Virus record (IMG/VR): IMGVR_UViG_3300042399_001449
Strand: one strand, 5' to 3'
Length of the DNA: 20,000 nt
Source of the DNA: an uncultured virus (IMG/VR IMGVR_UViG_3300042399_001449)
Taxonomy: Duplodnaviria > Heunggongvirae > Uroviricota > Caudoviricetes
How positions within the stretch are numbered: position 1 is the first letter of the stretch; each line of letters begins with the position of its first letter. The position numbers and the translations under genes are program-made. Under the pieces are notes generated by a model. That model had not been told where the DNA came from and did not search any database. It was given only the letters and a program-made list of their open reading frames with translations. Below, one piece after another: positions 15,183 through 20,000 of the stretch.

Positions 15183-15235
15183 AATCTCTCTTTTTTGGTT
15201 TTTAAACTGTGGGACTATTCCCTAACTTCCTTATA

Positions 15236-15274
15236 ATAAAGATAAGGATAATAATGATGCGATCCTAATCTTTT
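15236..15274 (-). promoter_or_regulatory. Early promoter copy 3
   Basis: ATAAAGATAAG-N15-ATCCTAATCTTTT. Confidence 0.8.
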
Positions 15275-15296
15275 GGTAACTTTTTTTAAACTTTTT

Positions 15297-15509
15297 TTAA
15301 ACTAATTTTAACATTGTTCCGATTGCTTTAACCGTGTACCCATGATCCTTTAAAAGGCCTGATATAACTGTTTTCATACCTGGTGCTGGTACTATTAGGT
15401 TCGGAGAACAACTTCTAAATTGATACTGTGTGCCTGGCGTCGAGTCTGGTAATGTGTTACCATCAACTAATCCGAACTGACTTAATAATGCGATTGCGTC
15501 TTTTAACAT
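15297..15509 (-). CDS. Early hypothetical protein
   Basis: 70 aa; own promoter and AG-rich leader. Confidence 0.75.
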   Translation of the reverse strand: MLKDAIALLSQFGLVDGNTLPDSTPGTQYQFRSCSPNLIVPAPGMKTVISGLLKDHGYTVKAIGTMLKLV

Positions 15510-15529
15510 ATCTTTCTCTTTTTATTTTA

Positions 15530-15569
15530 TTAAAGATAAGGTTAATAATGATAGGATCCTAATCTTTTT
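15530..15569 (-). promoter_or_regulatory. Early promoter copy 4
   Basis: TTAAAGATAAG-N15-ATCCTAATCTTTTT. Confidence 0.8.
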
Positions 15570-15589
15570 GGAACTTTTTTGAAACTTTT

Positions 15590-15736
15590 TTACTTGAATC
15601 GGAACTTGTCTAATTCTGCTTCAACCTCAGCTAATGCTTGGCCTACTTCATCATCTTGGAAGAAACACTCCCAATACTCCATGATTGATCTCAATGCTTT
15701 GATCTTTTCTTCTAACGGCTTCATCTCTCTTTTCAT
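15590..15736 (-). CDS. Early hypothetical protein (48 aa, or 44 aa from 15724; not in ORF track)
   Basis: MKREMKPLEEKIKALRSIMEYWECFFQDDEVGQALAEVEAELDKFRFK; AG-rich leaders before both ATGs. Confidence 0.68.
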   Translation of the reverse strand: MKREMKPLEEKIKALRSIMEYWECFFQDDEVGQALAEVEAELDKFRFK

Positions 15737-15742
15737 CGTCTC

Positions 15743-15841
15743 TTAATTATAAAGTTCAACATATATCAATGCGCTTACAGCTAAGGTTGCTTGAGTCACT
15801 ACGCGCTTAAACTCCTCCGGTGTGAATCCTTCTGGTATCAT
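15743..15841 (-). CDS. Early microprotein (32 aa)
   Basis: MIPEGFTPEEFKRVVTQATLAVSALIYVELYN; ATGA overlap with the upstream ORF. Confidence 0.55.
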   Translation of the reverse strand: MIPEGFTPEEFKRVVTQATLAVSALIYVELYN

Positions 15842-15960
15842 TCTGCGGTTCTGATTGTGTAAATAATTCCCGGGAATACAAACAATATTCCTAAGTCGTT
15901 ACCTCCTGCTAAAAGGATTCCTCCTACTGCTACTGATGCTAATGTTAAAAAATCTCTCAT
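15838..15960 (-). CDS. Early hydrophobic microprotein (40 aa)
   Basis: MRDFLTLASVAVGGILLAGGNDLGILFVFPGIIYTIRTAE; AAAGAGAG-ATG directly after promoter copy 5. Confidence 0.65.
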   Translation of the reverse strand: MRDFLTLASVAVGGILLAGGNDLGILFVFPGIIYTIRTAE

Positions 15961-16004
15961 CTCTCTTTGGTTTTAAATTAAGGACCTTTCCCTAATTGCT
16001 TATA

Positions 16005-16044
16005 ATAAAGATAAGTATAATAATGTTCGAATCCTAATCTTTTT
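16005..16044 (-). promoter_or_regulatory. Early promoter copy 5
   Basis: ATAAAGATAAG-N15-ATCCTAATCTTTTT. Confidence 0.8.
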
Positions 16045-16064
16045 GAAACTTTTTTTCAGAAATG

Positions 16065-16805
16065 TTACAGGTATTGTTCCAATAGCTTGATGCCTGGTAA
16101 GCCTGCTAATGCAATCTCAGCTTGACGGACCAATTGACGAGCGCGCTCATTTGTGATGCCCATCTCTTCACCAATCTGCTCCATGCTCTGAGCATACTCC
16201 ATACCGATCCCATAATTGCGACGAATGGCTTCTTCTTGCTTAGGCTTCAATTGACTCAATGCTCGATTGATATCAAATGTCATGTCCGCGCGGTCTCTGC
16301 CTGATCGTGTTGCCTCAGCTTCTAAGAAGCGATCCGCATAAGTCTCTTTGTTATCATCATCGCCTACCGGAGTTGAAATACTCTTGGTTGAATACTCCTC
16401 AGTTGCCGTACGGTGTGATGGGATCCTTACAACACGGGACAAATCATTGAGTGCCTTCTGAAGCTCGGCTCTGATATACCATACTGCAAAGGTAATAAAC
16501 TTGACGCCTTTAGTTGGGTCGAAACGCTCAGCGGCTTCAAACAATCCTACATTAGCGAACCCAATAAGGTCTTCTAACTGCAATCCCATACCTTGATATT
16601 GCTTAGCTACCTGGATCGCAAATCGCAAATTAGACTCAACCAATTTATTCATAGCGCGTGTGTCTCCCGCTTGGATTTGGTTTGCTAACTCAATCTCTTG
16701 CTCTCGTGTCAAGGTTGCTAACTTTTTAATCTCACGCATATACTGCGTTGTGCTCTCTGCTGTTGCTACTATAGCTCCGGTGCTTACATGAATTCTTTTT
16801 GCCAT
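16065..16805 (-). CDS. Phage-encoded sigma-70 family RNA polymerase sigma factor (RpoD/SigA-like, shortened region 3)
   Basis: Region 1.2 YMREIKK..LTREQEIELA; region 2 LVESNLRFAIQVAKQY..DLIGFANVGLFEAAERFDPTKGVKFITFAVWYIR; region 4 SMEQIGEEMGITNERARQL. Confidence 0.93.
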   Translation of the reverse strand: MAKRIHVSTGAIVATAESTTQYMREIKKLATLTREQEIELANQIQAGDTRAMNKLVESNLRFAIQVAKQYQGMGLQLEDLIGFANVGLFEAAERFDPTKGVKFITFAVWYIRAELQKALNDLSRVVRIPSHRTATEEYSTKSISTPVGDDDNKETYADRFLEAEATRSGRDRADMTFDINRALSQLKPKQEEAIRRNYGIGMEYAQSMEQIGEEMGITNERARQLVRQAEIALAGLPGIKLLEQYL

Positions 16806-16811
16806 CTCTCT

Positions 16812-16904
16812 TTATTTACGTGAATCTATTATTGATACTATTGATGCTACTAATCCCGTTACGACTATCGCCGCCATCGTGATACCTATCGCCGCCATTA
16901 TCAT
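16812..16904 (-). CDS. Single-TM microprotein (30 aa)
   Basis: MIMAAIGITMAAIVVTGLVASIVSIIDSRK; ATGA-coupled to 16901..17092 and ends just before the sigma leader. Confidence 0.55.
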   Translation of the reverse strand: MIMAAIGITMAAIVVTGLVASIVSIIDSRK

Positions 16905-17092
16905 CTTACGAAGCGCGGATTCAATTTAGCCTTAGCTTCTTGCTCTGCGCGGTAGATTCGGTTGCGCTCTCCTGCTGCTAAAGCTGCTTTAACGATTGGA
17001 CTAATTTCTCTTGCTCTACGTGCATCTCTTGCAAATTGACCAATTACTGCATCTTGCTGAAACTTTCCTGAATTTTTTTTGCCTATTGCCAT
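16901..17092 (-). CDS. Basic early protein
   Basis: 63 aa, R/K/A-rich; AAAAAGAGAGAA-ATG leader. Confidence 0.78.
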   Translation of the reverse strand: MAIGKKNSGKFQQDAVIGQFARDARRAREISPIVKAALAAGERNRIYRAEQEAKAKLNPRFVR

Positions 17093-17136
17093 TTCTCTCT
17101 TTTTTATGATTGGGAACCATTTCCCTTTCTGCTTAT

Positions 17137-17175
17137 ATAAAGATAAGCATTTTATCTTTCGAATCCTAATCTTTT
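17137..17175 (-). promoter_or_regulatory. Early promoter copy 6
   Basis: ATAAAGATAAG-N15-ATCCTAATCTTTT. Confidence 0.8.
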
Positions 17176-17569
17176 AGGAGAAAAGTTTCGAAAATGTTTC
17201 TGCTTGTTTTAAGCATTCAAATACGCCGGAATCATTCTTTCCCCATATTTCAGCTTTGCCGGTATGACCGCATTTAGGAATTACTGTGAATAAAACTCCG
17301 TTCTCATCACATATACGGAAATCATCATATAATGGTCCATTCATCGGACAATTATTTTTAAAGAACACATATGTATCCAAGATGTCAACTTGAGTTGCTG
17401 CAACAAACTTTTTTACCTTTGGGAACAATGCATTTGCTTTGCGCTCTAATGATGAATCTTTGCAGAACCAATCATAAAAGTTAAAACAATCATTTTCTGA
17501 TCCTTCACTGTCAATGATTCTGCCTGATGCAAACGCATTCAATTGTTCTGCTAAATTTACTTTTTTCAT
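17174..17569 (-). CDS. Conserved-looking phage hypothetical protein
   Basis: 131 aa; FYDWFCKDSSL and YVFFKNNCPMNGPLYDDFRICD motifs. Confidence 0.85.
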   Translation of the reverse strand: MKKVNLAEQLNAFASGRIIDSEGSENDCFNFYDWFCKDSSLERKANALFPKVKKFVAATQVDILDTYVFFKNNCPMNGPLYDDFRICDENGVLFTVIPKCGHTGKAEIWGKNDSGVFECLKQAETFSKLFS

Positions 17570-17587
17570 ATCTCTCTTTTTATTTTA

Positions 17588-17627
17588 TTAAAGATAAGCA
17601 TTTTATCTTTCGAATCCTAATCTTTTT
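17588..17627 (-). promoter_or_regulatory. Early promoter copy 7
   Basis: TTAAAGATAAG-N15-ATCCTAATCTTTTT; spacer identical to copy 6. Confidence 0.8.
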
Positions 17628-17647
17628 GCAACTTTTTTTAAACTTTT

Positions 17648-17908
17648 TTACTGGAATCGTCTTTGCAAATTATCCAATCCAATGCCTTGTTCCGGAGCTA
17701 TTTGCGGAATTACCACGCCGGCTTTAATAAGCGCTTGCATTAGCTGATTAAACGGGACAAAGCCATTCGGATCAAATTGGTCCAGGTAAGTGTCTGTACA
17801 TGCTCGGCTTGAATCAAATTCCTCATTCAACTCTGCCTCAAGCAATGTTTCCAAAAACTGTGCTATCTCCGTTGCTAACACTAAATCAATCTTAAATTCT
17901 CTTTCCAT
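17648..17908 (-). CDS. Acidic early hypothetical protein
   Basis: 86 aa; AAAAAGAGAGAT-ATG leader. Confidence 0.78.
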   Translation of the reverse strand: MEREFKIDLVLATEIAQFLETLLEAELNEEFDSSRACTDTYLDQFDPNGFVPFNQLMQALIKAGVVIPQIAPEQGIGLDNLQRRFQ

Positions 17909-17930
17909 ATCTCTCTTTTTAAATTAATAC

Positions 17931-17969
17931 TTAAATATACCGATAATATCAATGCGATCCAACCTTTTT
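17931..17969 (-). promoter_or_regulatory. Early promoter copy 8 (degenerate)
   Basis: TTAAATATACC-N15-ATCCAACCTTTTT. Confidence 0.65.
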
Positions 17970-17985
17970 GCAAACTTTGTTTAAA

Positions 17986-18165
17986 TTATTTTGTAAAGGT
18001 TATTACATAATCTAAATCCCATGATGTTTTTACATTAACCTTAAATCCATGGAATCTGCCTAATTGCTGTACATAATCCATAAACGACATTTGATCCTCG
18101 GGATGAGCTTTAGCCTGATATACATTATATTCAGCTCTTAATTGCAATTCTAATTTCCTTTTCAT
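17986..18165 (-). CDS. Early hypothetical protein (59 aa, not in ORF track)
   Basis: MKRKLELQLRAEYNVYQAKAHPEDQMSFMDYVQQLGRFHGFKVNVKTSWDLDYVITFTK; own promoter and AG leader. Confidence 0.72.
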   Translation of the reverse strand: MKRKLELQLRAEYNVYQAKAHPEDQMSFMDYVQQLGRFHGFKVNVKTSWDLDYVITFTK

Positions 18166-18180
18166 ATCTCTTTCTTTTTT

Positions 18181-18219
18181 ATAAAGATAAGCATTATAAT
18201 GTTCGGAAACAACCTTTTT
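18181..18219 (-). promoter_or_regulatory. Early promoter copy 9
   Basis: ATAAAGATAAG-N15-AAACAACCTTTTT. Confidence 0.72.
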
Positions 18220-18369
18220 CTAATATTTGTTTCGAATAACTTTAATGGTTTCTCTCACACCGGTTGCACATCTGCGGATTTCAACATAACCCAATTTAAT
18301 GTCAGTGATGCACTCAATTTTACCTTCTTTGATTTGTTGCTCTACGGTTCTTACTTTTAATCTTTTCAT
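18220..18369 (-). CDS. Early hypothetical protein (49 aa, not in ORF track)
   Basis: MKRLKVRTVEQQIKEGKIECITDIKLGYVEIRRCATGVRETIKVIRNKY; sits exactly between two promoters. Confidence 0.7.
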   Translation of the reverse strand: MKRLKVRTVEQQIKEGKIECITDIKLGYVEIRRCATGVRETIKVIRNKY

Positions 18370-18380
18370 AGCCTTTTTTT

Positions 18381-18420
18381 ATAAAGATAAGCATTTTAAT
18401 GTTCAGATCCTAATCTTTTT
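18381..18420 (-). promoter_or_regulatory. Early promoter copy 10
   Basis: ATAAAGATAAG-N15-ATCCTAATCTTTTT. Confidence 0.8.
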
Positions 18421-18437
18421 CCAGAAAAGTTTGCTGG

Positions 18438-18812
18438 CTAACTAAAGCCAACAAACCCTTTTTCTAATTCAATCTCTAAATCTTCTGCTATCTCTTTTAA
18501 ACGGAATAAAGGAGCATCTTCTAATTCTTGTATTACTCTTTCAGATACTGCTGCTACATCATATCCATATCCAAACCCGTAACATGTAATAGCTCTTTGG
18601 ACGTTTTCTAATTTTTCTGGAGCTAAAATCCATTCAACATCGGACATAAACTCTTCTCCCTTATCCTCTTGGAATTCATTTATTGCATCATTCCACATTC
18701 CTAATACCGTCTCGCGAACCACATCTGCTACTTGCTCATTGTGAGCATACATCTCTGAACTCCATGGCTTTGTAATTACAATTCCAAATTCTACTTTTGC
18801 TTCTTTTTTCAT
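18438..18812 (-). CDS. Acidic early hypothetical protein
   Basis: 124 aa, Glu-rich; AAAAAAGAGAT-ATG leader. Confidence 0.82.
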   Translation of the reverse strand: MKKEAKVEFGIVITKPWSSEMYAHNEQVADVVRETVLGMWNDAINEFQEDKGEEFMSDVEWILAPEKLENVQRAITCYGFGYGYDVAAVSERVIQELEDAPLFRLKEIAEDLEIELEKGFVGFS

Positions 18813-18854
18813 ATCTCTTTTTTTATATTAAGGACCATTCCCTAATTGCTTATA

Positions 18855-18893
18855 ATAAAGATAAGCATTTTTAGAATGCGATCCTAATCTTTT
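18855..18893 (-). promoter_or_regulatory. Early promoter copy 11
   Basis: ATAAAGATAAG-N15-ATCCTAATCTTTT. Confidence 0.8.
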
Positions 18894-18915
18894 CCAAGAA
18901 AAGTTTCAGAAAAGT

Positions 18916-19149
18916 TTATCTTTTATCTACAAGGAAGAATCTTTCAAACACTTCCGGTGGAAACTTTGACGGCTTTTCATCTGCATAGTCCATATCAAAG
19001 CGAACTACATAATTACCTTTCTTGGTAATTTTAATCAACTCGCCGAATATCATATTATTATTCGCAATGTTGTCTCCTATCTTAACATTGCCGGCCTTAA
19101 GGTCAACTGGTACAAATCCTACTGCAATCAATCTTTCTCTTAAACTCAT
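18916..19149 (-). CDS. Early hypothetical protein (SH3/KOW-like)
   Basis: 77 aa; VKIGDNI..GELIKI..YVVRFD pattern. Confidence 0.78.
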   Translation of the reverse strand: MSLRERLIAVGFVPVDLKAGNVKIGDNIANNNMIFGELIKITKKGNYVVRFDMDYADEKPSKFPPEVFERFFLVDKR

Positions 19150-19164
19150 AGTCTCTTTTTTATA

Positions 19165-19320
19165 TTAATAACTAATTAAATCTGCTAACGTTTCTCCCGT
19201 GCTAACACCGTTACGGGTAATTTCATAATTCGGATCCATGCCCGAATACATTACATCATCCAACAACTCGTCGATGCTGGTAAACTCTTTCTCATAATAA
19301 CTACAATTCAAACTATACAT
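19165..19320 (-). CDS. Acidic early protein (51 aa, not in ORF track)
   Basis: MYSLNCSYYEKEFTSIDELLDDVMYSGMDPNYEITRNGVSTGETLADLISY; AAAAAGAGAGATAT-ATG leader. Confidence 0.75.
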   Translation of the reverse strand: MYSLNCSYYEKEFTSIDELLDDVMYSGMDPNYEITRNGVSTGETLADLISY

Positions 19321-19344
19321 ATATCTCTCTTTTTAATTAATAAT

Positions 19345-19383
19345 ATAAAGATAAGTATAATATCAATGCGATCCTAATCTTTT
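19345..19383 (-). promoter_or_regulatory. Early promoter copy 12
   Basis: ATAAAGATAAG-N15-ATCCTAATCTTTT. Confidence 0.8.
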
Positions 19384-19414
19384 CGGAAAAAAGTTTCGAA
19401 AATGTTTTCAGCAG

Positions 19415-19708
19415 TATAGGCACCGCCTAAACGATGCCCGGACTACTACCCGATCAAGGTAAAGAGAGAGAAACCCGATCAGCTTACCTAACGTCGGACC
19501 GCCGGGTGCGTCTTTCGAGCGCGTTATTCCCGGACCCTGCCGACATTTATGGTATGACGGTGTTAGCTACATGTAGCTTGTGGTTGCCATACCGGTTTGA
19601 TCCATGTTCTGTTTATAGGATAGACCTTTCCCAATACGTATCTATATTTAATATCCTTGTGGCCGCCTTTCAGCATTTGGTTGGATAATAACCCTTCCTT
19701 CTTATTTA
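19415..19708 (-). ncRNA. Candidate structured non-coding RNA (~290 nt) with a CU-rich loop
   Basis: GC-rich, no credible CDS. Consecutive hairpins at 19419-19438, 19452-19480, 19493-19544, 19551-19593, 19622-19632 and 19652-19687; GAAA tetraloops and G-U pairs mostly favour the minus strand; class-2 promoter immediately upstream. Confidence 0.55.
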
Positions 19709-19713
19709 CATTT

Positions 19714-19746
19714 ATATAATATGAAATCTATGTCTAGAATCCAACC
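19714..19746 (-). promoter_or_regulatory. Class-2 promoter (GGTTGGAT-N15-CATATTATAT) upstream of the candidate ncRNA
   Basis: Same boxes and 15-nt spacer as 1854-1886 and 2856-2888. Confidence 0.6.
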
Positions 19747-19818
19747 ATACGCGCGCAAATATTCCGGAAAGTTTCGTCTCTCAATAGCTAGCAAACCGAA
19801 CTAAAACCGCATATACGT

Positions 19819-19990
19819 TCTAAAAGTGCGGCATGCATCTAAAAATAGATTCTAAAAATAACGGCATATTGCTCTAAAAATCGTCTAAAAATAGAACCCA
19901 TAACACATAAGCTTCTAAAAATAGAACTAATCCGTCTAAAAATAGAAGCATTCAGGATACTATATATAATGACACAACGCATCTAAAAAT
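19819..19990 (+). repeat. Cluster of TCTAAAAAT(AG) direct repeats
   Basis: Exact 9-mers start at 19838, 19851, 19873, 19884, 19914, 19935 and 19982; degenerate copy at 19819; non-coding; probably continues past the window edge. Confidence 0.85.
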
Positions 19991-20000
19991 GAATCGTGAT

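Noticed and set aside
13374..19383. Repeated ~40-bp motif as a CRISPR array or integron attC sites
   Set aside because: Copies are separated by whole genes of variable length, have a variable 15-nt centre, are not palindromic, and fit a -33/-7 promoter; no cas or integrase gene in the window.
19434..19688. 84-aa + strand ORF
   Set aside because: Opposite to all neighbouring genes, no leader or promoter, atypical composition; the region is better explained as structured RNA.
1..20000. Alternative genetic code (stop-codon reassignment)
   Set aside because: Genes tile densely under code 11, with TAA, TGA and TAG all used as plausible stops and no fragmented conserved domains.

Overview
AT-rich segment of a large (probably jumbo) tailed phage genome with an inferred Bacteroidota host. 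The host inference rests on Bacteroidota-type -33/-7 promoters, a Bacteroidota-like sigma-70, an Hc1-like protein, a DUF4494-like protein and a Gln(+1) signal peptide. The left part (1-12.5 kb) holds middle/late genes. Many of these start with a shared MI(K/R)LKxLLxE or MKNLLSE leader and include an SGNH-esterase/PG-binding/GH24-lysozyme fusion, a ParB/Srx-like protein and two pairs of paralogues; genes without the leader include a SAM methyltransferase and a ferritin-like protein. A G/C-run-rich intergenic block (12.55-12.85 kb) separates this from a minus-strand early (host-takeover-like) region (12.86-19.4 kb). The early region has ~20 small genes, an AAA+ ATPase, a phage sigma factor and 12 near-identical promoters. 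The most notable signal is a possible RNA-level control system. Almost every early gene has AAAGAGAG directly before its start codon. A GC-rich, multi-hairpin non-coding region at ~19.41-19.71 kb, with its own promoter, displays the complementary UUCUCUCUCUUU in a hairpin loop. Half of the early promoters are also followed by a conserved, covarying GGGA-AWGG-UCC leader hairpin. The window ends in a cluster of TCTAAAAAT repeats. All functional calls come from reading motifs by eye; no database searches were run.
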